Positions 36,636-49,272 of a stretch of DNA of 49,607 nt are shown one piece after another. Numbering within the stretch: position 1 is the first letter of the stretch; each line of letters begins with the position of its first letter. The translations under genes were made by a program, and so were the position numbers. Below the pieces are notes generated by a model. That model was not told the DNA's origin, did no database searches, and saw nothing but the letters and a program-made list of their open reading frames with translations. The DNA is from Basidiobolus meristosporus CBS 931.73 (taxonomy: Eukaryota > Fungi > Basidiobolomycota): contig MCFE01000653.1 in the NCBI GenBank assembly GCA_002104905.1, positions 1 through 49,607 of the forward strand. The letters are read 5' to 3'.

Positions 36636-38484
36636 AGGACTACCCAGTTGCTTCTGAGTGCAAGAATCTGAACTCAGCAGAACAAAACTATCCAGTGCAG
36701 GAGAAGTAGATGCTTGCTATCATACAATGCTTCAAGACCTGGAGAAGCTACATTGAAGGAGTCAAGTGCATGTTGAAGTGTGATCATGCTTCACTGAAGT
36801 ATATATTTACTCAGAAGGTACTCTCCAGAAGAATGACCAGATGGTGTGAATACATTCAGCTATTTGACTTGGAGATTATCAACTGCCTTGGGAAAAACAA
36901 CACGGTTGCTGATGCCTTATCAAGACTAGAGCAAGTTGCACCACTCAACTTGGTGCATGGATCAGATTGCCCTAGCTTGTTATCAAAGTACTTTGCAGAC
37001 CAAGCCATTGCTAATGAGGTGGATGAAGAGATCAAAGGATAATCCAAGATGAATCCAGCAAATTTATAGTATAGGATGAAACACTCTACCAAATTGCTGA
37101 TGGAAGCCCTATTACCTATTGCCCTTATGTTGCTTACCTGGACTTAATATGTAAGCTACACAACGGATGTGGACATCTTGGAATTAAAGGAATCTATAGC
37201 CTAGTAAAAGCTGGAGCATGGTGGCTCAGAATGAAACAAGATATTGAAAAGCTAGCAAAAACAAGCCCAGGTTGCCAAATCAACCAAGGCCAACCGCAGA
37301 GAATTGCTGAATTCTTTCCCTCAGAGCCTGTCAGGCCATTTGAGAGATGGGGAATTGACTGTATTCGAAGACTGCCAACCTCCAGGAAATGCAAACAATG
37401 GATCCTAGTAGCAATTAACTATGCTGCCAAATGGCCAGTGGCTAAAGTGGTGCCTGTTACCAGTAAATAAGCTTTTACAAGTTTCATCTACCATGAGATC
37501 CTCATGAAGTTTGGATGCCATGTAGAGATTTTATCTGATAGACCAAGTACCTTTTGCCTGCAGAGTAAAGTGCCCAACACCACCTCACAATTGCCATTTT
37601 ACTTAGTGTATGGATGCAAACCAGGAATTCCAGTAGATCTCACACAGCCAAATCTTACAGATGCCTTAGAAGATGAAATCAGTAATTCAAGTAGACCCTA
37701 GCAGCTGGAAAAAAGATGTCAAGCGGCAAAGGCTAAAGTACCTGCGAGTGCAAAAAGATGAAGCAGAGATTTAATAAGACTATGTAGCCAGAGGTGTTGA
37801 CAGTTGGGAACTTTGTATTACTGAGAAACAATACATGGAAGTAGTTTTAGCCACAATGAACAGGACCACTAAGATTATGCTGAGAAACTATACTCAGAAG
37901 AAGCTTGAGCCACAATTGACAGGACCATTCAAGATCATCAGATAATGTCCATTTGCAACTTACCAGCTAGTAGACAAACAAGGTAATATCTGGGAAGACT
38001 TGGTTCATAGAGACAGACTCAAGCTTGCAAGACTTGCTGACAAAACTAAACCATCAAGATATTGGTATTACAAGAAAAAAGATTGAGGAGAACACACTCA
38101 ACTTTATTAGGGGAGGATTTTATGATCTACAATTGAAAGTATATATTAGATCAGTTTTTAATCAAATTAATAGTTTTATGCTTAGCCTATAAGTATATCA
38201 GTGTTATATATCAGATCAGTAGTATTAGTCAGCAGGTGAATCAGCAGATCCTTATCCTACTGAAATATATATAATAAGTATCATACAATGGGGTGATGAT
38301 GATGCTATCAAATAAGTCATCAGCCACATCCTACTGTAGGGAATAAATTTTGTCAGGAATTGATCTGGCAAAATGTATATAAGGAGCTGCTGGAACCTCA
38401 AGAAAGGTCAGTTCAAGTTTTAGTGAGTACAATACTAGCTAAGCTCCCTATTCCTCTACAACTCTTATATCAAGACTTGTAACA

Positions 38485-40063
38485 GCTTTTTCAGGTTGAA
38501 GCAGCTTTTAAGGCTGAATGAATTGCCTCAGAAAGCAAGTTGCCTCTTGCAGCTTATTATTTGTCAGATGCAATCTTTCAGTGGTATCACAACTAGATTA
38601 GATCAGCAATTGTGATGGCATACTCTACTATCTATACCAGGGATGAGTTTGTGTTGGTAATTCACAATGCTTTTGAGCCTCCACATCGGCAGACATTACT
38701 AAGATGGAAGCTAAAGACACTCAGATGGAAAGGAATGGCTCAGGCCTGTCACTTCCAAATTGAAGGAGCTTCTAAGCCTAAAAGAAGTACCACAGAGTGC
38801 AAGTTGCATTATGCAGCTTCTTACTTGGTAGATGAAGCTTTGTATTACTACCAGAAGAAGATCAAGAGAGTCACTGTGATGATTCTCTATTATCTCTACC
38901 TGCAATGAGTTTATGTGGTAATAACAGGTTGCCTGTGAGCCTTCACATTAGCCGGCACTACTAAGCGGGAAGCTGAAGACACTGATACAGAATGAAACTG
39001 TTCAAGAATTTATCAATAAGTATAAGTGCCTACTTGGTCAAATTGTAAGTATGGATCCTCTTGATTAAGTCAGATTCCTTTATCAGTTGGTACAAAGAAA
39101 GAGCTTTCATGGAAGTAGATTATTGAAGGACTCAGGCCACTGAAGTAGCTATCTAGACTGCCATTGACTATGATGCAACTGTGCTTAGAGCTGGAAAGCT
39201 TAAAGTAACTAAGCCAAGGGCTACAATAACTATGAAAGAAGACAATCAGAAGCAGTCCCAATAGAAATAGATGCTATACTGATGAATCCTAACTCAGAAG
39301 AATGTAAGAAAAAAGGACTTTGTTTTAATTGCAATTAGCAAGGTTGCATATCAAAGTACTGCCCTTAGAGAAGAAATAAGTATCAGCTGAGAAGAACCTT
39401 CAGCCAAGTTCAAGCCCTTGGGCAGAGTGACATGAAGGAAGAACTTGAAGAAGACTGGGAACTCACCTTATATGAAACTGAAGAATATTTATCTCAAATG
39501 ACCTCAAGCTCAGGGAAGCTAGTATATTGGAGCAGAGTAATCAATGGAGTATCTGCCAAGATTATCTTTGACTCAGGAGCATCACACAAGTACATATCAG
39601 AGCAATTTGCCTTCAAAGCCAGAATTAGCTTAGAACCTACCAAGTCAACTTCAGTCTTAACAGTCAATGGAAACATTCTCACAATCAGCTATAATACTTG
39701 GCCAGTAAGAATGAAGATCACTGACTAAGAAGTGACCAGCAGACCGATATATTTGAGAACTTTAAGTTAGACCAGGTACTTGTAAAGACCTGGTTGGTTT
39801 ATTGTAATCCATCAATCAACTGCAGATCTCATGAATATCAGATCCAAAAGGACAACCAGACTTATGAGCCAATACCTGCTAGACTGGATTTCAACTGTTC
39901 ATTTCCAGTGTATGCAACACAATTGAACTTAGTAGGACACAGCTCCATTGAGCTCTTAGGAAAGGTACCCAGATGGTTCCCATGATTCTGTTACAGGGGG
40001 ATCCCTCTGCCTCAGCTCCCCAGAGAGTCCAGACTCTTTTGTGGTAATATTGAGCTATGTTTC
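38485..40063 (+). pseudogene. Gypsy gag-protease-RT N-terminal relic
   Basis: FEPPHRQTLLRWKLKTLRWKG (retrotransposon gag), LCFNCN*QGCISKYCP knuckle, IFDSGASHKYIS protease. Continues briefly at 43140-43162. Confidence 0.75.
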
Positions 40064-43000
40064 TGTTGAAATAATTAGGAGTCCACCTAATTATTAATAT
40101 ATTATGAACTAGCACTTAGTGAAATGATATATTTCAGATTATCAACATGAAAATTAGTTCGTAAGATATTTACTAATTATTAGGAATTAGAGAAGTACAG
40201 AATTTTAGGAAAATCTGAAACTTGTCCAAATGAGCCAAAACTTGGCACATGTACTCCTGAGACTCCCCTAATAATGACCAAATAGTTGCATTTACGTAGT
40301 TCTGCAATAAGTATAAATACTGTGTTGCAACTCAATAAAACATCAAGTGAATATTATGTAAATCTTCTAATTCTCCAATTCACTTCCAATATATCTCTCT
40401 AACATTTCAACAGGCTATGAGCCCCAAGCTTGCTTTATCTTAGTTATCCACTTTGCTCTAGTGCTGTGTCTTTATTCTGGAGAAAGACTGCCTGGTCTAC
40501 CTGAAGTTACAAAAGACAGAAAAGTACTACCGCTGCAAAGAACTGCTAGATGGGATATATTGTTTTGGAGAAAGAGGCCTTTGCCCTTAAAGAAGACACT
40601 AAGCAAAGAAAAAGGTCATATGTCAAGGAGGTCATGTTGGACAGTTTTCAAATTATGAAATGTGCAGAAGGATGAAGCTTTGAGAAAATGCGTAATCCCA
40701 GCAAGGAGTCCAGATCAATAAGGGGCATATTACATGATATATGTATTAGTGCTATGATCCTTATTATCACAACATAAAGGAGCTATGTTGATGATCCACA
40801 TATACCTGGGTTTGCATTAGACTATTTCAGTCAATGAAGTGCCCACATTGCTGCAGTGAATTTACATAAGTCTGTAGCCACTTGAAATGAAATGATGCGC
40901 AAATACTTTGATGCCGCCTGCTGCCCTAGTTTGGAGTTGGATATGCAGACAAATATATGGATCAGCTTGCCCAAACTCTGAGGATCAAAATGATATATAA
41001 TACCTATATATTTGGCCGAAGATCAGTGATCTCAGACATGCCAACTTAGGAGTGGTATGCATGATATATCAGTGGTACTATTTCCAGTACCAATGATCCT
41101 GAGGCCTTGTGAGACACTTATTAGACAAGTTACATGTCTACATCAAGTATCAGGAACAGTGGGAGGAGATATATCCATATATGTTAAAGCATGGAATTTC
41201 TACCGCCATCAAGAAAAGTGCTACCGGAGACCTTGACCAAAGTATATGCTTATAGTCTCTGTATACACTAGGGAATATGCATGAAGTACTATCAAGGAGT
41301 GTACTAGTTGCCCTATGCTAGTACATATATCACATACATATAGTGATGAAGGATCATTTATATTAACATGGATCAGATGTTAATCATGCTATTATGATCA
41401 GATCAAGTTACTTGCAGCTCCCAGCTACGGGCCAAACTGCAATGATGATATCTGCCACCAAGATGCTGAGAGAAATGGCTTTTTAAGGAAGTTTATTTGA
41501 TCAAATTTGATCAAGCCTGTGAAAAGTTATGCCAGATCCAAATGGATGACCGATTTGGTTGAAACATCTCAGAATAGATATGTTTTGAAGACAGGAGGTT
41601 CCTGAACACTCTGGGAGATCTAACAAACCGTGGATATGCTACCTGCATGGTCCAGATCTAGATCAATAAGGAAATTTCAGCAACCAGCATCTTTAAGACC
41701 AGATATGGAACAAAAACCTACCGCCAATAAGTTGTCAGTTTCTAAATGGAGTTAAGTGACACCTAAGCCACATTTGGACTATCTAGCACACTAGATTTGA
41801 TCCAGTTATCCTACCACACAAGGATAGTGGAGTATTGTTGCTAAGGAAAGCAGCAAAGCAGTCCAAGAGAACCTACGTACTCAGAGGCAACATCACAATT
41901 ACGGTGAGCAATGAAGTCAACTTACTTACAGTTGGAGCTAGAGAAGTGGTACCAAGGGCCAACCTAAGGGTTATAATGGGTCCAGAAGATTATGGACTTG
42001 TCTATTTGCACTGTCAACCAAGCTCTATGCTGGAAAATTCTATCAGAAGTAACAGTGACTTATCAGAGCTGTTATGGTAGATTTACGCAATTAGAAAGTG
42101 CCAGATCAGGTTGTACTGTTTAAAGCACAACAGTACATATGAGACCATATCTATCCTGTTTAGGATGAAACCTCTATGAATAGCTGCCAATCAGGCTGTG
42201 GTATCTTGTGATACCAAATCAAGCCTATCAAGATGTAAAGGGAAGATCTCAATACTGTAACTGCAATATCAGTCCAAGAAAGTTATGCCTAGATCAGAAG
42301 GATATATATGATCTATCTGAGTCAATTTTAGAAGGCAGGAAGCACCAGAAGATGTAGCTTCAGTGGAAGTACAATATCCCAGATCAGGAATGAAGAAAAG
42401 CTAAGCTAGATACTATTGAAGGCACTAGTCCGGAAGAGGAAATACTTGGTCAACCGGTGAAGAATAAGGCCACTACAATGCTGACCAATTGTTGGTCTCA
42501 GCAGATCATATATGGAGTATATGAGGAAAGTTACTATCCAGATCCAGTTATGGATATATGGAGGATAGTCTAAGTGAATTAGACTATAGACCGGAACTGT
42601 GGATGATCCAGATCTACTGGAGAGCAGACCACATCCTAACTTCGTCAATTATTGACCAATTTTACTCAAATAAGAAACAGCAGATAGCCTGAGAACGCAG
42701 CTCTCTGATGATACATACTATGCCAGGATTTGATCAGTATATGAAAAGTTTTACTCCAATCAAATGGATGATACTCATTCATAGATATTTGTGATGAAAT
42801 CAGAATTCAGACTCAAAGCAATTTGATCTGAAGTATGTAATTAACAGTATGAACTTATACTTAGTTATTACAGATAATATGCAATCCTTAACATATATTG
42901 GAGAATACATTAGTCCAATAGGTTAGATGGTTAATTGCAGGTTTAATTTCAACCGCCAGATACACAACACCACAGCAAGTTCATAAGTATATGAATAATA

Positions 43001-43139
43001 ATGACCAAATAGTTGCATTTACGTAGTTCTGCAATAAGTATAAATACTGTGTTGCAACTCAATAAAACATCAAGTGAATATCATGTAAATCTTCTAATTC
43101 TCCAATTCACTTCCAATATATCTCTCTAATATTTCAACA
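40064..43139 (+). mobile_element. Non-autonomous copia-like element (family D), 3076 bp
   Basis: 349-bp 5' LTR 40064-40412; PBS GGCTATGAGCCC at 40413-40424; 3' LTR remnant 42996-43139 (142/144 identical); perfect TSD GTTTC; no long internal ORF. Confidence 0.88.
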
Positions 43140-43162
43140 GTTTCCACACAAACCTTTGAACT

Positions 43163-44220
43163 CACTCCCACAAAGAATAATGGTAATGATCCCATTAAAA
43201 GGCTATCACAGAATCAAAGTCCCATGACTAAGAGGTATTGATCCCATCAGGACACTGTGTAGACACTGTTGAAAATAACTGCACCCCAGATTTCACAAAA
43301 AACTTGATCAAAAGTTTTCATCACAACATTGCATTAGAGGCCTTTAATTGGTCTTCTTCCAATACTCTCATTTTCTGATCCCAAACACTTAATCACCTCC
43401 TATGCTTGCATACATTGATTAGCTATTGCCTCTTTTTAACCCTCCTTACTTCCTCACACACCCAATTCTTTTACTTTTCATGCATACAAACTGACTTATT
43501 CCGGTTGAAACTTCTGGTGTACCTCAACTGCTCATTGTATAGACCTACACAAGTCCCTATACCTTTGACTAACATGAAGTCCAACCCCACACTTGGCAAG
43601 TAATTTCATTAAAATCCACCACTTAATAATTATTTCTGCTGTAATGTTCTATTTCAATGACTTTGGTGGGACCAGAAATATTTAAGATAGAGGGTATCTG
43701 ATGGGGCAAAAGCTTTCCACTGGGAGCAATGCATTTGCTAGTCAGCAATATTCATATACAAAAGATCAAGTTATTCATGGGAATCAGCTGAATGAGCCCC
43801 ATGTGATACCAGAAAAATCAGAAATAAATGGCAAGATATTGCAGAGTATCTGCTACCCAAAAGACTACTCCTGGACCCCAATCAATATTAAATACACATA
43901 TACAACAATACAAATGCAAGGACTGCATGAACAGGATACATATTTATTTAAGTGGCCTTCTGAAGCCATTTCTTTAATGGGTGCATTGGAAGCATTGAGA
44001 GTCATATGTTGACATTTTAGGACTATTTATACAGAAGCAGATTGCCAATGCCAACTTGACACAACTACAGTTTTTATGCTAAGAATTTGCAACAGGACTT
44101 GAGTAGCTACACTGCCAGCACTGAGCCAGATGCATAGATCTCTGCTGCAACTGTACCCATTCTCTGCTCTGTGTTGCTTGGTGAGTGGAAAATATTGTGC
44201 CTTACTTTTCATTTAGAGTG
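43163..44220 (+). mobile_element. Internally deleted CACTA-like copy
   Basis: Left terminus CACTCCC..GAATAATGGTAATGATCCC, colinear with 8470-8950, then joined to a transposase segment homologous to 11890-12430. Confidence 0.7.
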
Positions 44221-44239
44221 TTTTCTATAGAGCAAACAG

Positions 44240-44520
44240 CGGTTCAACTATTTTAACCATTTCTTCATAAGTTCCTTATATCCAAGTCACCTCTCAAGTT
44301 GCAACAGGTTATGATTCCCAATTGCCTTAATATATTCTAAAGATGACATCTACCAGCCAACATAACAATAAAAACATCCTACCTGTAAAGAAGAGGTCTG
44401 ATGGGATAAACTATAGACTTTGGAAAATCAAGATGTAAATCTACCTTGAGGAAAGAAAGCTCAGGAATATAGTAGCAGGAAAAGAAGTTGAGCCCAAAGG
44501 AACAGCAGAGAAGTGGAGTA
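44240..44520 (+). mobile_element. Copia family C LTR tail, PBS remnant and gag start
   Basis: ...GTTGCAACA (44306) then GGTTATGATTCC; DGINYRLWKIKM-type gag motif. Confidence 0.7.
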
Positions 44521-44526
44521 GTTATG

Positions 44527-45970
44527 TGATACTTAATATATCTATTTCTGTATGAAAAGAATCTGTTGATTCTTCTGCTGATTAGTACTACTTTTTTGAT
44601 AGATAACACTGATATACTGAAAGGCTGAGCATAAAGTTAGGTGATTTGATCTAATTTAAACATTCAAGTGGTAGATCATAACATTCTCCATACTAAGGCT
44701 GAGAGGGTTCTCCTGAATCTCCTTTTTGTGACTCCAATATCTTGACACTTCAGTATTGTCAGAAAGTCTTGCAAGCTTGAGTATGTCTCCACAAGCTAAG
44801 TCCTCACAGATATTCCCTTGTTTGTCTGCTAGTTGGTAACTTGCAAATGAACATTCCCTGATGGTGTTGAAAGGTCTTGTCCATTGTGGTCCAAACTTTC
44901 TTCAAGTGTTATTTCTCAGCAACACAAAGTCCCCAATTGTCAATACTTCTGGTGATATAGTCTTATCCAATCTCTGCTTCATCTTTCTGCGCTCTGAGAT
45001 ACTTTAGCCTGTGCCTCCTGATGTCCTTGTTCCAGATGCTGTTGTCTACTTGGCTGGCTGAGCTAATCTTGTAAGGCATCTGTAAGCTTTGGTTGTGTGA
45101 GACCTCCAAGAATCTTTGGCTCACATCCATACTCTAAGTAAAATGGCAATTGTTGAGTGGTGTTGTGCATACTAGCTCTGCATGCAGAAAGTGCTTGGCC
45201 TATATACTCATCCCATTTACTGACAGTACCATTTATATACTTGGTTAACATCTTTCCAAATAATTCATTACACCACTCAGTGATTCCATTAGTTCTAGTG
45301 TGATATACCATGGTGTTGAAGTGTTTGATCTGCTGCATTTCCAGGAGAGCTTCTAATGTCTTTGCCATAAAGCTTGCTCCCTATCAGATAAAATCTCTAT
45401 AGGGTATCAAAACTTCATAAAGATCTTGTGGTAGATGAAGCTTGCAACTTCTTGTTCACTGGCTACAGGTACAGCTTTAGCCACTAGACATTTAGTGGCA
45501 TAGTAAATTGCTACTAGGATCCAACACCTGAATTGTCTGGTGGTTGGTAGTCTTCCAATAATGTCAGTTCCCCAATTGTCAAATGGTGTTACAGGCTGCA
45601 GGGGAAAGCTTCACCAATATTTTGTGGTTGGCATTGATTGATTTAGTAATTAGTGCGTTTTTTCATTAGCTTCTCAATATCTTGTTTGATTCTGGGCCAC
45701 CATCCTCTGGCTTTCACAAGGCTATATGTTCCTTCAATACTAAGATGTTCATATCCATTGTGTAGCTTATGTACTAAATCCAAGCTAGAAGCATAAGGCC
45801 AACAGGCAATAGGGCTTCCATCAACAATTTGGTAGAGTGTTTCATCTTGTACCACATATTTGTTGGCTTCATCCCAGAATATGTTATTGATCTCTTTATT
45901 CTCCTGATCAGGAATAGCTTGGTCCGCCAAATACTTTGGTAATTAGCTAGGCCAATCTGATCCATCATTA
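44527..45970 (-). mobile_element. Gypsy family B integrase, PPT and partial 3' LTR
   Basis: Reverse-complement homolog of 36950-38270; ORF pieces 45643-45930 and 45063-45368; LTR starts at 44683. Confidence 0.85.
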
Positions 45971-46206
45971 TGTTGCAAAAATCATCCGCAAACAATGCCT
46001 TGATACTTTTATTGATGCTTTAATCATAGGTCTATAATCATATAGGAAATCTGCGATTGATGTGATCTGATCCGTGTCAACGCGATCCGAGATGCATCAT
46101 ACATAATATATGGAGATTTCAACAATCACATTAGTTTTCATATATATTTCATATAAGACCAGGTTGATGTCAATATACTGCTGTATAAGTATCCAAATCC
46201 GTTGCT

Positions 46207-48529
46207 ATGGTCCCCATACCAAGCCTCAACTCATCTTTAGTACAACCCAGACAAAACCCATCCCCCAGCTCACAAGCGCGGTCCGGACCAGAAAAGTCAA
46301 TGTTGGATCCGTTCAAATTCTCGCCAAATGATTTTAGTATGGCCCAAGTGTCTATGATGAGCCTTCATACAGATATTTGGGCACTACTGATTAATCTAGC
46401 AGAACTAGATACCTCAGAGAGTCAACAAAGATGGAAGAACTTGAGTAGAAAGCTGTGGAATGAGTTCTACATCAAGATGCCAGCCGATGTATGTAAAAAG
46501 ATATATAACAAGACAAGTATTGAAATCAAGAATGAGCTGAGAGTGAGGGGATTTGACGAAGAAGCCGCGCGGGAGTAATTTCGCGCGCAATTTGCACAGT
46601 ACGGGCCGGACGCGTCCGTTTGTGCCTCAACTTTGGGAACCAAAGAGATTTTGAATGAGTTTTTGCCTCAAATGACTAATGTACTACGTGATATATTAGT
46701 AGAGCTAAGTGGCTTCCAAGAGCAATATACACAGGACTCATCCAGGCAACAGCTCCAAAGTATCAGACAGAGGGTAAGTGAATACCTTAAGGAATCAGAT
46801 GGTGAGCTTCAGGAGGAAGAATACAGACCGCAAGCAACATCATCCAGATTGTGCCAGCACGCCTCGCTGGATTCCCTACCATCTCTTGCAACCACAGCGC
46901 TGTAGTGGGGTGACAGTGACACCCACTGACAGATGTGCTCATTCCCTTATTTTCTACTTCCCTATATCTCTACTACACTTATTTTAGTTTTATCCCATTT
47001 GTCTTACCCAATCAGTATTATCCCATAAGCCGGTTGACTATCTCACCTGCTTACCTTATTGCATAAGTTACCCCTCACTTTATGTAAGATTACTAGCTAT
47101 AAGTACTTCTGTATTAGGCAAGTACCCGCGCCAGTACCCGTGACACATGATCAGCCCGTGTCACCATCCCTACCATTTCCATACCATATATGGCATCCCC
47201 ATGTTACACAGGTTTCAGAATACTGATTCCTGATTGGTTGGATGTGCTGTGCCTCTTAGAACCTTCCGGCACCTACTTAGAACATTCTTAGGTCATTCTG
47301 ATGTCATTAAGATTTCTATTGATCTCCGGAACCTTCTGGAACACCATGATTAGTAATCACTTAGCCAGTGAAAAAAAGTATATAAGGGAGGCTATCCCTC
47401 AACAATAAATCATCATCCCTTTTATCAATATACCAACTTGTGGATTAGTGTGATCACTGCTACCTGCTGCTAACTGAACTTCCAACCCTAGACCACAGGA
47501 CACTCCCAGGAAACCGCGCTGACAGCCAACTGACCTTGGAGGCACTACTTGTGAGGAATACTAGAGTAGGTATCTTTTATTATATTTGATTCTTTCCCAA
47601 GTTTGTTCTTGTACAGGCAAAGATACTTTTCTGTCTTTGTAACTATTGACCAAAGCTGCATTCTTATGAAGTCCCTGCTGGTGGAGTTTACAGTTGTTTT
47701 GACTTTGGAAGCTTTAGTACATTGTCATCTCAAAGGACGCTGAACCCAGCACATACTTTTGTTAAGACGCCAACTAAGTTGGGGATTGTAGCTCAATAGT
47801 TTTCCCTTGACAAGCTTGTGGCTTTATTCCCCTTCACATTAGATTAGAGACAGAACCCAAGTATTCCTAGCAAGCTTTTGCCAGAGGTTATCGCACCCAG
47901 TGAACACCCCACACACAAAACACTTGAGAAGTGTTGGACGTATCTCTCCCTTGGACTTATACACCACCACAGCGCGCCGGTGCACGTCAGTCCAGAGTAC
48001 GCCAACACCCTTTACCAGAACACCCCGCCTTGAGTCAACGCGCGTCGGGTCAACGCGCGCGCTTCAGAGCAAAACTACAAGAACTCGCCAAACTGCTCAT
48101 TTAGACATGAGTCCATTGGAGCGGACCGAGTCGCGTCAACTTGCAGCATCACATCAAACTCAGCCAAGGGCCATCTCAACGCGTCAAGGCATGCCTGCGC
48201 GTGCCGTTTTGCCTGACCATCAGCAAGTTACTTCTGCTGAACTGACTGATGATGACCAACATGAAGTGCCTCAACCACCGGAGCCCTTGGCAAGTAAAAG
48301 AATGCGTCAGCGCATGGCACTACAGGCCGGTTCAGTTGGTTCAGTCGGAGCAATTCAGCGCGGCCAAGCTGTACCATCGCACTCATCAACTAGGAGGCAA
48401 AATACTGACTACAAATACATAAGTAGCCAAGATGATAGTCAGCCAGGAAGTAGTATAGGTGTGCAAAGTGAGTCACTACCAAATGCTTCAGTAGTAATCC
48501 CTGTGAGAAAAAAACCCAGGAGAAGATGA
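46207..48529 (+). pseudogene. Reconstructed ~415-codon ORF: N-terminal Myb/SANT(MADF/trihelix)-like region and S/T/R/Q-rich disordered tail; disrupted by one TAA and a solo LTR
   Basis: 46207-46578 and 46633-46905 share a frame with only TAA 46576-46578 between them. Removing 46901-47975 fuses in frame to 47976-48529 (ATTA-RRCTS). The Myb-like call rests on RWKNLSRKLWNEF...VCKKIYNK only. Confidence 0.7.
46901..47971 (+). repeat. Family E solo LTR, young (1071 bp)
   Basis: TGTAGTGG...CACCACCACA with perfect 4-bp TSD GCGC; retains CpGs lost in the 5410-6480 copy. Confidence 0.93.
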
Positions 48530-49272
48530 TGCAATTGCTTTGAATTGCTCACATTTGTAATGATCCCAACAACCCTTTTTTTTTGCGATCAGAATTGAGC
48601 CGTCGCAAATCAGTGATCATCAAATTTTTGATATAAGTAATATCAAGGTCGTCTCACATTTGAGACAGAACCCCTATAAATAAACACCCTGCATATATAT
48701 ATGTCATCTGTAATACCAGTGCAGCTATTGGATCTGTTTGGCACCTACACAATTGCTTGCGTGCTGGCTATGACACCTTGTCTAATCACTAGGATCAGGG
48801 ATTTACTTGCTCAATGAGCAAAATGGGATATTTGATGGCAAATCAGGCAGCTTTTTTAGTAGTCAATGAGCCAATTGGGGGCTGCCAGCTTCAGGATACT
48901 TTTGGACCAATTAACCACTGAGATACCGTCCAATTGGAGTGAGGGTAACCAAAATGGTAAGTATTAGTGTAGTTTATAGTGTGATACACATTTATTTCCA
49001 TTTGCATTAAAGAAACATATCCAAATACCGGATTTTACCTGCCATAATAGCGGTATCCATTCGCGCACGTGATGCAAACATTACGAGTTGGCGCAATCAT
49101 CTGTTCCAACCTCATTGTGTCAGATTGTGCCATAGTGTGCAAGATTGTCCCGCATAGTGCAAAATCGTCCAAGAACAATCCTTCCTTCTGGTAGCTATAA
49201 TATCGCGCCCAATTGTTCTTTACAACTGTGGATTGCGCCACACGCCCTGGCACGGTACGGTGGAACAAGTCT

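Larger units (their letters stand above)
30864..38484 (+). mobile_element. Decayed Ty3/gypsy family B element (LTR, RT-RH-IN, PPT, LTR), gag/PR missing, split by the young copia
   Basis: LTRs 30864-31234 and 38118-38484 (TGTTATGATC...ACTTGTAACA). [11 protein letters not shown]...KTAFRT...YLDYILI; RH TDASDHAVGG|YPVA...CDHASL; IN RPFERWGIDC. PPT AGGGGAGGA at 38109-38117. Confidence 0.85.
45975..49272. mobile_element. Putative large PIF/Harbinger-like DNA transposon copy; only the right terminus is seen
   Basis: TGGCAC..GGTGGAACAAGTCT|AAT at 49248-49275 is the MITE TIR followed by a family-type TSD, cutting a gypsy B LTR. CpG-rich interior with a Myb-like ORF. No left TIR found, so the left boundary is a guess. 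Confidence 0.55.

Noticed and set aside
37815-37935. ~58-bp tandem duplication in the gypsy integrase C-terminus, and a similar gag duplication at 38530/38795
   Set aside because: Ordinary decay within dead elements; no open frame or functional implication.
44527-44545. Two gypsy B LTRs truncated at almost the same position (here and 49273) as a breakpoint hotspot
   Set aside because: The 49273 break is explained by a transposon TIR plus TSD. No TIR is present at 44527, leaving a single unexplained deletion.
49035-49268. 77-aa minus-strand ORF in CpG-rich DNA as a host exon
   Set aside because: It begins inside the transposon TIR and runs through subterminal repeats; no recognisable motif.
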